A DNA stretch of 64,000 nt from Microthyrium microscopicum (taxonomy: Eukaryota), in the NCBI GenBank assembly GCA_010405405.1, contig MU004243.1:677340-741339 (forward strand), written 5' to 3'. Numbering within the stretch: position 1 is the stretch's first letter; every line of letters begins with the position of its first letter. A program made the position numbers and the translations under genes. Under the pieces are notes generated by a model. That model had not been told where the DNA came from. It worked only from the letters and a program-made list of their open reading frames with translations, and did no database searches. This document shows, in pieces, positions 11,728 to 24,396 of the stretch.

Positions 11728-12733
11728 TAGCTGAAAGGGTCTAGACCTCGAACGCCAGATCGCTTGCAGTTTTAGTGTCATGAGCTGTACGATGACATTC
11801 AGCCTGAGATATCGTAAGAAATAATATATGTTATTGGGAAAGGTAGTCAAGAGCTAGAAAACTGGAAGTTGGGGCTATCCAAAGTCTTGGGAAAGGACTG
11901 ACAAACAAGCGGTAATATCGTCGCATTTCCTCCAATCTGAGTAAGACGATTGGCTTGGAAATATCTATATCAGTCAGGATTGATATTAATCAAGGGACAA
12001 TTGACGAAACTCACCACAGCCTCAACTTCATAAACTCCATCCCTGGTGTTTCGTGGACTTTGCATGCACAGCCTACTACTCTACCTTCAAGTTAACACAG
12101 TCGCAAACTGCGAGTACGACTAGAAGATGATTGGCATGTCATTCGCGGGGCGCCACATCTTCGTACAGCAGTAGGTTATCCTTCTTGAACTTATCAAAGA
12201 TATGCGGCTGGACCATGTCAGGCTGTCAGCTCCAGGGTAGAAGTATCAATATCAATCAGCTTTGACTGTCAGCTTCGTTATAACCACTGTACTTAGTCCT
12301 CGGCTTGCCTCGCGCCTGCTTTTTTTACTTTGAGTTTTTTCTGCTTTTCCACGAATTCCAGATCTGTCGAAAAATCCAAGCATATATCGAAGCGCTGGCC
12401 TAAAGATCGACCCCTGGGTTTGCGTTTAATCATTGTGCTTTTGGCAGGGGCTCAAGTTGAACCCTTAACAAACGCGGCGCATCCTATCAGGCAATTCTGC
12501 ACGCGACCTAGAAGGCATCCACCGGCACTTTTCTTGAGCAAAGCAAGTAAAATTCATAGATCATCGAACTGAATCGTACTTGTTGAAGCCGAGCTGAAAA
12601 TTGTCAGCGGGGGCCAAGCTTGTGAGACTCGAGACTTGGCTTGCACTTTCATCACCCCCAGCGACTGCGCCTCAAGATTAGACTCCATTCAAACCTCCAA
12701 ACTCCATCCCTTGCCTTCGCTTTCAATCTCATC

Positions 12734-14472
12734 ATGGCTTTTCTGGAGAAGTTCAGCGGTACTATGCCCAACGGCGGAGCTTCTCGTACGCGCAAAATTC
12801 TTTCGTATGTCCCCTGGAGCTCACCTCGAAGCGCAGCAACTAATAAACCTCGTCTAGCTATGCTTTTGACTACATTATCATCTTGTAAGGCAATCAAGGA
12901 GACACTTACTTGACCGACACAGCTAACAAACAAAGTGTACTTTTAGCTGGATTTCTTGCTCTTGACGCAATCGAGCCTTATCATCAAGAATTCTCCCTCC
13001 GAAATTATACCCTCCAATACAAATACGCCGTACACGAACGAGTCCCCAATCTCCTTCTCGTAGTAATAGCGTGCCTTGCTCCAGCAGGCATTATAGTTCT
13101 CTGGACACTGGTGGTGGATGGCATCTTTTCGCACAAGGTCCATGGACAGAAGCGGAAGTACACTTTTAAGGAGAGACTTTGGGAGCTCAATTGCGGATTG
13201 CTTGGATTGGCACTGTCAATTGGTTTACAATATGTTATCGTCGGAAGTTTGAAGAACGCAATTGGAAAACCCAGACCAGATCTTATCGACAGATGTATAC
13301 CCAAAGAAGGGTCTCAAGATCCAATGCCCTTCGGTCTATCAAATCACAGCATATGCACCCAGACAAACAATGCAATTCTCAAAGACGGGTTCCGAAGCTT
13401 TCCATCCGGACATAGCAGCAGTAAGTCTTACTACAATCTTCTTGAAATGATTTCTGACAAATCGCCAGCTTCATTCGGCGGACTCTTCTACCTTTCCCTA
13501 TATCTTGCCGCCAAACTCCACGTTCTCGACTCCCGCGGCGAAGTATGGAAACTGTTCATCGTAATGACCCCATCCCTCGGTGCCGCCCTCGTCGCCGGTT
13601 CTCGCATCATGGACGCCCGACACCACCCCTTTGACGTCCTTTCCGGCAGCACCATTGGCATCCTTGTCGCCTGGGCTGCATATCGCCAATACTTCCCGTC
13701 ACCATCCGATTTCAACGCCAAAGGCCGGGCCTATCCTGCCGTAATTTCTTCACTCCCTCCTGTATTGCCATAGACTGACAGACATGTGTAGCGCACCTGG
13801 GGCATGAACCCTCTTGGCAAACGCGACAAAGAAGCATATGGCTACGACGTGCCCCTAGAAGCCCAAGACGAAGACACCATCGGCCTAACCTCCTCCTCCA
13901 ACTATCCCTTGAACAATCATCCCCAATCAAGTTATGCCAACGCTTCCCCACCGCCACAATCTTCCGGGTCAGGGAACTACTTCCGGGATGAAATACACGC
14001 GTCGACCAGCGCCCGCCATCGCACTTACGAACCGAATCGCAAACCTATACCCCTTCATACCGGCGACATCGGCGAAGCCGTACCTGGTCCGTTGCGACCA
14101 CGTGGAGCACGAGATGGCGCACGGGAAGATGGCTGGGAAGATGTCACAGGCCAAGCTAGTCCGGAGAGCTATGAGCTCCAGCCGCAGTACTCGCTGAACC
14201 AAGATGCCTCGTATGATCCATATCAGACGGACGATACGTCGTATCGGGGCGGCAGTGAACGTGTGGAAAGCGAGCGATCGCCCGACAATGTGACCAGATT
14301 GCCTTCGATGCGGTCTCCGGCGGGGCAAAAAATGTTTCCAGCGGCCTTGACGACTGGGCAAGGAACGGCGGGTAAAGGCAGTGCGAATCAGGCGATCCCA
14401 TCTTTGGTGGTGGAGAGTGAGGATGAGAGGGGCCGGTCGACGTCAAGAAAGAGAAAGGAGGTGGCGTCGTAG
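12734..14472 (+). CDS. PAP2-family lipid phosphate phosphatase (DPP1/LPP1-like) with long disordered C-tail; multi-exon
   Basis: All three PAP2 motifs present: KNAIGKPRP, SFPSGH, SRIMDARHHPFD; TM segments; GT-AG introns near 12805, 12886, 13421, 13741. Confidence 0.92.
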
Positions 14473-15343
14473 AAAGGACTGCCCCCGTGCTTTCCGTGTG
14501 GATGTTGTTTTAGCATTGCGTGGAGTTGGTGGTGCTTTAAATTGTGAGTGTGATGTGACTTGGCGAATGTGTATATTGACATCAGGCGAAGTAAGCCGTT
14601 TTCTGTGGTTGTTGTTGATATCCAAATGACATGTAATTCGGTTTCTGTTTGTTGGCTTTGTGTATTTCTCGACTAGTGCTCCAGTTCGATATTTGAAGCC
14701 TAACAGACTATATCTCGAAAGACACAGCGGCAGTGCCTGTCAACGAATCTCTCTATTCTATCAAACGGACGTTGCTGGATAATCCCAACTACAGCTTTGG
14801 ATACAACATCAATCAATGGCAACATAATCTCAAATCTCCAATCCTTTAATACGCGGAGAATCCCAAATCTGTTAGCTACCCCAGTAAGCTCCAGGACTTC
14901 GTAGTGTCAGCGATGTTAGTAAACACAACACGCAGAAGATCCTCGAGCCCTGGTGCAAATCCAGACCCAGTGGTTCATTCCAGTCTAATCTTAACGCAAA
15001 TTAAAACTCAATATAAATCTACCACTCACCTGGTTCACTTTACCTCGAGGGCCCGAGAGCCTCATCTTTGCTTTAAAGAACAAGAGTTCCTGTGAAGAAG
15101 TTGGATATTCCTTATCAGTTCATGCACCTATGTCGATCATCCCCCTCCCGTTGCCAATACTTGCTGACAGTAGCCTCCTTGTATGATGCGGATATAATTA
15201 TCTCAATGGCACATTAGGAAAAAGAAAAGTGGAGAAGTCTTCGTTCTTATATTCTTCCTTTCAAGGATTTATGGTTGCTGCACCCATCGTGTTTCGGAGT
15301 TGAGAAGTTTGGAGTATAAACTTTCCTCTTGCAGCCAGCAGCC

Positions 15344-17451
15344 ATGTGGATACTTCAAACCGTTCTAGTTCTTTTCGCGCTATGTGGTTTCACCTTGGGC
15401 GGGCTAGGCGGGTTGACGACGAAGCCACGGTTGTATGCTAGACATGGTATGTATTTCTGTATTCTGTACTTTTGGGACGTTTGCTGATCTTGTAGGCCGA
15501 GGTGGGATGTATGCTTTTCCGAGTTTGACGAATGTGACGTTGGAAGAACTTAATTTTGGCCTGGAGAAAGGTTTGTTGGATTGGAGATGCATGGGAACGG
15601 TGGCTGAGAGATATAGGTTATTTTAGTAGTGTTGATCTTGTTCATGTGAGTCTTCTAACCTTTGACGTTGGTGGCAGACGTGCTGACTTTGATACGCAGG
15701 CATATCAAGCTCGTATCGCAGAAGTCAACGATACTCTTCACGCTGTCACAGAACTCAATCCCGATGCGCTTACTATAGCAGCTGCGCTGGATCTTGAGCG
15801 CAAGAATGGCAAGATACGAGGCCCGTTACATGGGATTCCGATTATCATCAAGAACAACATTGCCACAGCTGATAAGATGAATAACACTGGTAAGGTTCCC
15901 CAGGTTTTCTGTGAATATGAGTCTAATTTGAACAGCGGGATCATACGCGTTGCTCGGCGCCAAAATCAAAGCAGACTCGACTATAGCTGCGAAGCTACGG
16001 GCAGCAGGTGTGGTGATCTTGGGGAAATCGAATTTGAGCCAGTGGGCGAACTATCGCTCAAATCCGTCCAGTAATGGCTGGTCAGCGCATGGAGGGCAGA
16101 CGAAGGCTGCCTTTTACCCGGATCAGGATCCTTGTGGGAGGTGAGTTTGGTCTTGGGACTAGATGACTCCAAAGTATGGGGATCATTGATCCTGAGATGG
16201 AGCAAGGAGGCGTAACCTTGGTCGTGGGCTAACTGATATAATAGTTCGAGTGGGAGTGGAGTTTCTTCCTCGATTGGATTGGCTTTTGCTGCTTTGGGGA
16301 CAGAAGTGAGTTGTTTAATTTCTTACGGACATTGCGTCGAAGTCCATTTGGGGTTGAAAGGATTGCTAACGGCATAATAAGACTGATGGTTCAATCGTGT
16401 GTCCATCGCACCGGAACAATCTCGTAGGCATAAAACCAACGGTAGGACTGACCTCTCGCCACGGCGTCATTCCAATATCAGAGCATCAAGACACCGTAGG
16501 GCCTATGGCAAGAACAGTGAAAGACGCAGCTACGATTCTCCAGGCCATTGCCGGACCAGATCCGCAGGACAACTATACTCTCGTCAACCCCAACGCGAAG
16601 AGCCCACCGGACTATGTAGCAGCATGCAAACTCGGAATACTAAAAGGAGCAAGAATAGGAGTTCCCCAGAACGCCATAACAGGATCTGGCGGCTCACCCA
16701 ACGACACCGAGGTCATCGCCTTCAACAAAGCTATACCCATCCTCCAGTCTCTTGGCGCTACTGTGATCAATCCAGCAAACTTCAGAAACATAACATACGC
16801 CTTGAACAGTCCCGACGAGACCCTCGTTCTCAACGCAGACTTTCTCGTCAATCTACCAGCCTACGTAAGGCTACTTGTCAAGAATCCGTCGGGTGTGAAA
16901 GATCTCGCTACGCTTAGAAACATTACGCAGCATGATCCTCGTGAGGAATATCCAGCAAGGAACACCAAGATATGGGACGAAGCGCTCGCGCAGTGGCCAA
17001 ATACAGACCCGAAGTTCAAAGCAGCTCATGATCGGGCGGTTAACTATGCGCTCAAGGATGGATTAATTGGAACACTGAAGCGGTATAAGCTCGACGCGGT
17101 CATTTTGCCGACAAATTTCGCTTCGTCCTGGGCGGCGACTATAGGGGCACCGATTGTGACTGTACCTTTGGGTTTCTATCCGGCAGACGCGCCAGTGATC
17201 AAAACTACAGCGGGAGATCTTGTTGGCACTGCACCTGGAGTCCCGTAAGTTTTGATGAGTTACTGTCGTAATGAGAGAGCCACTGACTAGTGGATAGATT
17301 TGGAATCAGCTTTCTAGGAGACTTGTGGTCAGAGGAAAAGTTAATTGGATTGGCATATGCTTTTGAGCAAAAGACGCAGGTTCAGAAACAAGGCAAGCCG
17401 TATCTTGTACCGACAGCAGAGTTGAAGGGAGGTAATCAATTTAAGTTATAG
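15344..17451 (+). CDS. Secreted amidase-signature family protein; multi-exon
   Basis: Signal-peptide-like start MWILQTVLVLFALCG; RGPLHGIPIIIKNNI, ILGKSNLSQWANYRS, GSSSGS, GTETDGSI, VGIKPTVGLTSR, QDTVGPMARTV; last exon FGISFLG...LAYAFEQ. Confidence 0.92.
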
Positions 17452-17971
17452 AGTATAATACTTAAGTCCATACATGGTGGTTGACACAATATCAAGAAGC
17501 AGGATTGACTGACAAGAGCATTTGACAACTCACTGTAAGCCAATTTGAGTGATTCGTCCGTTTATGAGTACAAGATGAATGTCTGTCCTTGACAGAAAGA
17601 TAGATCATTCTAGAGATCAAAAGTACAGCAAACAATCAATTCTGCCGCATATTAGAACATGTGAATGGAGAACTTGGGACATGAGTCCAAATAATCATAG
17701 GGATTGGTAGTCAGTTGTAACCAAATAATCCTCTTGGAAAAAGACGACCAGTCAGGTCGACTGTGATGGTTATGATGACCGCTATGGGCTTTTCGTATCG
17801 AAGTTGGCAACAAATGTTCAGTAAGCAATGAGATGGGAAATCACGAACTCGCAGCATATCCAGAGCCCAGAAACTTGAATGCAATTTTGTAAGACTGAAC
17901 TCATGGCATCATTCGCTGTGAAACAGATGATCAGTCAAACGATTGTAGCAGTCAATTTGCAGTTGAAGTGG

Positions 17972-19795
17972 TCAAATCGTAGACTTTGAGTCGCCTGTGA
18001 TGAATGTCTTGCTCTTTTTGCTGCGTTTGGGCTTGCGGCTCTCTTTCTTCAAGAGCTGCTCGACTCGTTCGACCAGAGGCTTGTCGTCGTCTTCAGCTTC
18101 AGCTGCCGTTTTCTCCTCTGGAGGAAGTTCGAGATCTGCCCCCTCAGTCTCAATACTCTCTATCACCTGCTCTGCTGGTACAGCAGCAGACAAGAGGAGC
18201 TGGCCAATAGGTGAATCATCATCGTCCTCGTCTTGGCCGCCAAAGAGATTGTAGGTTGTGATGGTCAAATCCTTAGCAAATAGAACACCTTCATTGAATG
18301 CCTTTTGATCATTGAATGGCATTGGTCGATACGGATTCTTTTGTTTTTCAATATCCCCGGTCTTAAGCATGCGATCTGCAACGAGCAAAGCATCAATTTG
18401 CCGATTGATACGGTTTATGATTGCGTTGCAGTTTTTCGCCTGCTCTCGACATTTGCGTAGGAGAACCTTTTTGATGTCCCCATCGATGTCGTTGGTCAAG
18501 TCGATATCCGCAAAGTTTGGGTCGTCAAAATCAACCGCGCAGTCATCTTTGCCAGAGTCGCTATCTTCAACTTCCTCATCTTCATCGTCTTCATCTTCGC
18601 TCTCTTCATCCTCGGATTCAACAAATATCTCGTCCTGCAGATCTTCAATTGCCTTTTCACGGGTGTTTGTCATGACTGGGGACGTGGAATTGTGCTTGAC
18701 TTTTCGCTTCAAATCTCTTGCTTGCATGAGTCTTTTCTGTGCCTTTTCTTTCATTTCTTCGAGTCCTTTGACATCTGCCGTAGACTTGGCTACCAATCCG
18801 GCGGATACTCCCATCTCAAATGCTCTTGAGGTATGCCATGGACGAGATCGACCTTCTTGCTTGATCAAGTTGTAGAAGTGTGTGAACTGCATTGCTGCAC
18901 TGACAGTCTTTGCAGCCACTCCGTAGAAACAATGTTCAATCTCCTTCTCAGTTTTCCACGAAAAATGTCTGACAGAACAAGTCTGCGCAATGGCTATTGT
19001 CAGGTTGGGTACAAAACCTTCATTGCGAACCTGTCTGCCACGATTGCCATCTCGACGTTTAACTCTAGACTTGCTGATACCCGCCAGTGCCTTTGAGTTT
19101 GCCCATGCTTTGATAGCTTCGATATCGACATTGATTTCTTTGGCGTTCTTTGTGGCGAGAAACCACCCAGCTTCCTTTTCACGGCTTCCAGTACCGGGAT
19201 GTGTTGCCTTTTGGATACATTTGGCAATTTTCTTGATGATTTCAAGCTTTCGTCCGAACCAGGTTGGATCAGGGTCATAGGTGTGCAGTTTGGCCCATTG
19301 AGATACCGTAGATACATACCCAGTCAGATTTTTGGGGGTCTTTTTGTGCTTCTTTTTCGCACGCTCTTCTTTGCCATCTTCTCCAGCAGAGGCTTTCTTC
19401 TTCTTTTTGTTCCGCTTAGCAGCTGGTTCCTGCTCTGCTTCTGGCTCTGCCCCCGTTTCTGGTGACCTGTCATCTCCATTCTCGGCCTCGGACAAATCCC
19501 GCTTTTTGGATTTCTCGGATTTGCGTTGGTGTTGCAAGAACGTCGCCTTTAGAGCCTTGCGCGCGTGTCCTACTGGTTTAGCATACATTTTGACGCAATA
19601 CTTGTGGTCGTGGCTAGTGTATTTCCACAGTGTACTTCGGCGACGGGGACTCTGGTCCAAGATATTGCTTTCGCGGCGAGTGGTTCTGGGGCTGCTCAAG
19701 GATCCCAGTTTGGCGGCTTCCAGTAGAGGTTTTCGCTTTCGGAAAGATTTTGAGAGGTGACAGTGGAACTGAGTTGTGACAGGATCTCTCGACAC
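17972..19795 (-). CDS. Basic/acidic low-complexity protein with DUF2786-like segment; true start uncertain
   Basis: 607-aa ORF; IIKKIAKCIQKATHPGTGSREKEAGWFLA resembles the fungal DUF2786 motif, followed by CFYGVAAKTVSAAMQF and AFEMGVSAGL; poly-K tracts and an acidic tract. Confidence 0.6.
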   Translation of the reverse strand: MSRDPVTTQFHCHLSKSFRKRKPLLEAAKLGSLSSPRTTRRESNILDQSPRRRSTLWKYTSHDHKYCVKMYAKPVGHARKALKATFLQHQRKSEKSKKRDLSEAENGDDRSPETGAEPEAEQEPAAKRNKKKKKASAGEDGKEERAKKKHKKTPKNLTGYVSTVSQWAKLHTYDPDPTWFGRKLEIIKKIAKCIQKATHPGTGSREKEAGWFLATKNAKEINVDIEAIKAWANSKALAGISKSRVKRRDGNRGRQVRNEGFVPNLTIAIAQTCSVRHFSWKTEKEIEHCFYGVAAKTVSAAMQFTHFYNLIKQEGRSRPWHTSRAFEMGVSAGLVAKSTADVKGLEEMKEKAQKRLMQARDLKRKVKHNSTSPVMTNTREKAIEDLQDEIFVESEDEESEDEDDEDEEVEDSDSGKDDCAVDFDDPNFADIDLTNDIDGDIKKVLLRKCREQAKNCNAIINRINRQIDALLVADRMLKTGDIEKQKNPYRPMPFNDQKAFNEGVLFAKDLTITTYNLFGGQDEDDDDSPIGQLLLSAAVPAEQVIESIETEGADLELPPEEKTAAEAEDDDKPLVERVEQLLKKESRKPKRSKKSKTFITGDSKSTI

Positions 19796-20367
19796 TTATA
19801 CTCTGTAGAGTTTGACGGTGTGAGAATTCGGCCGTTTTAGGCAGCTCGGAAATATTAGTCACCTTTGAAGATAGTAATATTAGGTCTCGAAGGGTGAATG
19901 ATTTTCAAGAAACCCTATTCTTGAAATAGGTAGAGTTTGGAATGAGGAAGAGGAGAAGGGTATCTGTAAGAAGTGAAAGTAAGAAGATTTAATACTCAAA
20001 GCCAGATAGATCACCTTGCTAGACTGTACCTGCTTCACCGAACTACGCAGATCTGCTGCTTCTTGAAGTAGAAATAAGCTTTCGTAGAAGTTCTTCAAGA
20101 TTCACTGCTTGCTCGGCAGTACTGATGGAATTTCCAGGTGTGTACAGTGGCCATCGAAGAAGGATGTAGCAGTTGTTCCCTTCTACAGTAGGCAAGATAC
20201 TCTCCCTGCTTGGTCCAGGGTAGGAAACACCAGAAACACGGGCCTCGTAACAAGGTCGATTAGTTACTTCACATTCTGAAGTAAGTCAGCGAAGCCTTGG
20301 CTCCTCTACCGCACAGGCAGATTGTATAATGCGCTTGTATTTTTGCAGTATATTACAGAGTTGGGTA

Positions 20368-20953
20368 TCATTTCTTCTTGCTCGCACTATTCTGGGTGCC
20401 TTTCTTCGTAGTATTCTGCGCATCTCTCGAAGCCGTACTCTTATTTTTAATCGTTATAAGGTCCATCAGTAAATCGATGCCGTCTCCGCTGTCGTCCGGT
20501 TTGCTTTCCGATGTACCTTTAGCCTTGGCTTCAGCTCCAGCTTCAGCCTGCTTTCATTAGCTTATTAGTACACATCAAATGATGTTGATGAGATACCTCT
20601 TCCTCCGCATTCGCATTTCCCAGGTCATAGCCACGACCGAACCGTGATCTGAAAAGTTTCAGTTTACCCGCATCATCGTCCTCGAGATTCATCAGCCGCT
20701 CGTCTGAAGGGTTCCACATGGGCGCGCTTCGTTGGTCTTTGGTCGGTCGGTATACGGGGAGAGGTGAGGTTGTTCGGTGGAGGTATGAGCTGCCGTCTGT
20801 CAGAGTGACGAGCTGGGTAAATGTGTATGGTCGCTTCGGACGTTTGATGAGTGTTGCATGACGCGTTTGTTGGAGGTTGTGAGATATTATGCTGGATGGA
20901 GGCAGTTGTATCCTCCGCGTTGAGGGCCGTAATGCGTTTGACATGGTCGACAT
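20368..20953 (-). CDS. MRPL36: Mitochondrial ribosomal protein bL31m (YmL36)
   Basis: Presequence-like N-terminus, then RHATLIKRPKRPYTFTQLVTLTDGSSYLHRTTSP...KDQRSAPMWNPS...AGKLKLFRSRFG; one 3' intron. Confidence 0.85.
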
Positions 20954-21191
20954 GATTGTGCTTGTAATTGTGTCGTTGGAAAGTTTAGAGATTGAAGTTA
21001 AATAATTTCTGGATTCACGATGCTTGGCTGACAAGGGTCTGGACAGGGGCTGCGAGCAGGGATGGTTGATTGGAGGTTGAGCTTGGATCTCATCTTTCAA
21101 AGCTTCAAAGCTTTTTTATATCTTTTCAAGAACTACCAATAGCCTCCTAGCAGCTCACCTTGATACTGAATTCGGAAATGTTTGTCTCAAA

Positions 21192-22145
21192 ATGATCCTG
21201 CCGCAGAGCTCACGGCCTCGTCCTCTGCCAAATCCGTTCTCTAGATGGCGACTCCCTTCAGGTCAACTTCGAACCTTTGCCGGCACTTATCCAGAACGGC
21301 CTGGTTGAGTATGACACCACGGCTTTTCAGCGTCAATGACTTGTCGTAGCTTCGCGTACTGACTCTCTCTAGTCAACCCATCAGGCGTTCCTAGAAGACT
21401 TTACTCGAGTGCCTCGCCTAAACAGGATGCCTCCCAAGACGACGATACAAAGACAGCTCAACAGCCGCAGGCACTCGAGGTGGATCCAGTTCGACAGTTC
21501 ATGCGTCACATTGCTCATCCTATCTTCTTGATCACGGCATCTACGTCTTTAAAGCCCAGACCACACGATTCCACAGACTATACCGAATTCTACGGGGCCA
21601 CTGTGTCGTCACTAACCACGGTCACATTCGATCCACATCCTACCATAATATTCAACCTTCGAAAGGGATCTTTAACGCTTGATGCCATACTCAGTCGGAA
21701 GAGGTTTCGAGCAGTAGCTCTGAGAGCGCTCGTGAAAGGTCAAAGAATTGCAGAGGCCTTCGCGTTGAAGCAGTCTCATGAGACGGCTTTCCAGGAGTTG
21801 GCAAACATGGGGATCGGACTGGAACTATCACCTGTGGCGGAGGATAAATCAGAAAAACCTCTGGATTACTATAGCACGTCTGACGACCAGACGGTGTACG
21901 CTCCAGAGCTTAGCACCGATTCAATTGTTGGTAGTTTGGAGTGTCAGTTGATGCCGGATCATTATCTGGAGATTGGCGACCACGCTGTTGTAGTTGCACA
22001 GGTGCTGGCAGCTAAAACAACTATATGGCACGTACTCGACGAAAATTCGGGATGTCCATCCTTGATTTATGGCGATCGGAATTATGGCCGTCTGAAGTCA
22101 TTTAAACAGCGTCGTCACATACTAATTCCACCCAAGGAGAGCTGA
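21192..22145 (+). CDS. Flavin reductase-like (FMN-binding split barrel) protein, probably mitochondrial
   Basis: VRQFMRHIAHPIFLIT, GATVSSLTTVT..P..FN, IGDHAVVV, LIYGDRNY; Arg-rich first exon and an intron near 21303-21372. Confidence 0.8.
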
Positions 22146-22884
22146 ACGCCCTGAAATGCAACTACTGTCAACTCTCATGGCTTGATAGCTCTGAAGCTTT
22201 CTTTTTGTTTATGAGGCCATGAGCATGCTGCATACCAGGCTTCCCGCATATCATAGCGCCGGGTTCCTATGCATCAAGTGAAGACCAAGTCGCCGACCGC
22301 CATCGATGGGAGAGACGGCACTGCTCTCTATATTCGCCACTCGATCAACAGGCAAAATCAAAACCTCAATCGGGTTTTATGTTAAATCCGAAGAGATGCA
22401 AATGGAGAAGCCGATGTCGCGCCAATGTACATATCGAAACATAAACCAGCAAATCAAATCGAAGCAACATGTTCCCTCAAATCGCTCCAATACACACAAG
22501 CGAACCTATATGTCAGCCTTTCGAATCATATAGACTTGTATCTCAAGCGGCAATGATCCCGGATTCGCGCCGAGCGGGGTAGGTTCCTGGTAAACAAATG
22601 CAAGTTTGGAGCTTCACATTGGTTGCGGAAATAGAGCTTCGTCGATTGTTCCATCTACAAGCTGCTTCGGCATGACGATCACCTAGTTTCCTGGGTCTAT
22701 TTGCGACACGGGCAATTTTTGTAGCACAAACAGCCCGCATTGTATTTAAAGCTACTGTGACCTGCTGAAGCACTTGTTTTTTCAACTAAAAGCTCCGGAA
22801 AATATTGAGTTTTTGCTGGATACCATTTTCCAAACTTCCTGATTCCATCGTATCTCTTAACCTGCACAACTACTCCAATTCACC

Positions 22885-24079
22885 ATGGCAGACAAGAAAG
22901 CAGATATGCCCGACTCCCTGCGTGCCTCCTTCGAGGCCACAAAGGTGGAGTATAGACAACTTGGAAAGTCTGGCCTACGCGTCAGTGTCCCAGTCCTAGG
23001 TATACCATTCCCCAATCCCTCCCTACTACACCATCACTAACGATTGCCTAGGTGCCATGTCCTTCGGTTCCAAACTCTGGCAACCCTGGGTCGAAGACGA
23101 CGAAGCCAAAGTAACCGCCCTCCTCAAAGCCGCCTACGACTGCGGTCTCAACACCTGGGACACCGCCAACGTCTACTCCGCCGGCGTCTCCGAAACCCTC
23201 ATCGGCAACGCCGTCAAATCGCTAAAAATCCCACGCCACAAACTCACCCTTCTGACAAAATGCTTCGGCACTGTCGGCGAGGAGCCTGGTGCCAACCATA
23301 TCAAGTACCCGGAAATGAAGGGCACGAAAGACTATGTGAACCAGGGAGGTTTGAGTAGGGCCGCGATATTCAATGCGGTGGATGCGTCTCTTAAGAGGCT
23401 GCAGATGGAGTATATTGATTTATTGCAGATTCATCGGTTTGATACTAGCGTGCCGGTGGAGGAGACGATGAAGGCGTTGCATGATCTGGTGCAGTGTGGG
23501 AAGGTTAGGTATATTGGCGCGAGTAGTATGTGGACGTTTCAGTTTGCGGGGATGCAGACTGTGGCGGAGAAGAATGGGTGGACGAAGTTTGTTAGTATGC
23601 AGAATCATTATTCGCTTTGCGTAAGTACTCCCTCCTTCCTGCCAGATGGCTAAGGCTAACGAGTGTATCAGTATCGCGAAGAAGAGCGCGAAATGAACAA
23701 ATATTGCGCTCAAACTGGCGTCGGTCTTATCCCCTGGTCCCCTCTTTATCGCGGCGCTCTTGCGCGTCCGGTCAACTCTGACGCTACGCCGCGCTCTGAA
23801 GCGGCTGCTACTGGTAATCGGGCCTTTGGAGGTGGACCTAGCGAGGCGGATAAGGCTATCATTGGTAGAGTGGAGGAACTTGCGAAGAAGAAGGGTTGGC
23901 CGATGGCTCAGGTGGCGTTGGCGTGGATTCTGCAGAAAGGCACGGTGCCGATTGTGGGATTTAGTAGTGTGGAGCGTATGATGCAGGCAGTGGAGGTCAA
24001 GGGGAAGACGTTGACGGATGAGGAAGTCAAGTATTTGGAGGAGCCGTATGTTCCTAAGGCTGTACAGGGCCATGCTTGA
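22885..24079 (+). CDS. Aldo-keto reductase (aryl-alcohol dehydrogenase-like)
   Basis: [63 protein letters not shown]; two introns. Confidence 0.93.
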
Positions 24080-24396
24080 TGGGGTAGATGTGTGTTCGAA
24101 GAATAGAACCATATGGACTGTGATGGTATAAGCCATAAGATGAATTGATGTGAGAGTTTGATTGATTGATTGATTGTTTTGGCATGTCAGAACAGCTGGT
24201 TGAAGTGTCGTGACATGACTATATGAGCGTTGAGCTCGAGTATCTGTTGTATAACTAAAGTTGAAAAGACACCGGAAACCCCGTTAAAACGTTGAAGTCA
24301 TCCGTTTGTTGAACAATGACGCCTGCGCCAACCGATACCTATTTATGCATACAGAAAAAACAATCGCCGCCCCAGCTTTTATCTACTCGATGGCGC

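Noticed and set aside
8905..11730. Composite transposon carrying the hydrolase gene
   Set aside because: The two flanking elements have different TIR sequences, and each has its own complete pair of ends and TA flanks.
23420..24136. 238-aa antisense ORF (and similar shadow ORFs over SHM2, MSH6, SDR and the DUF2786-like gene)
   Set aside because: They lie opposite well-supported genes with biased codon usage and show no recognisable motifs.
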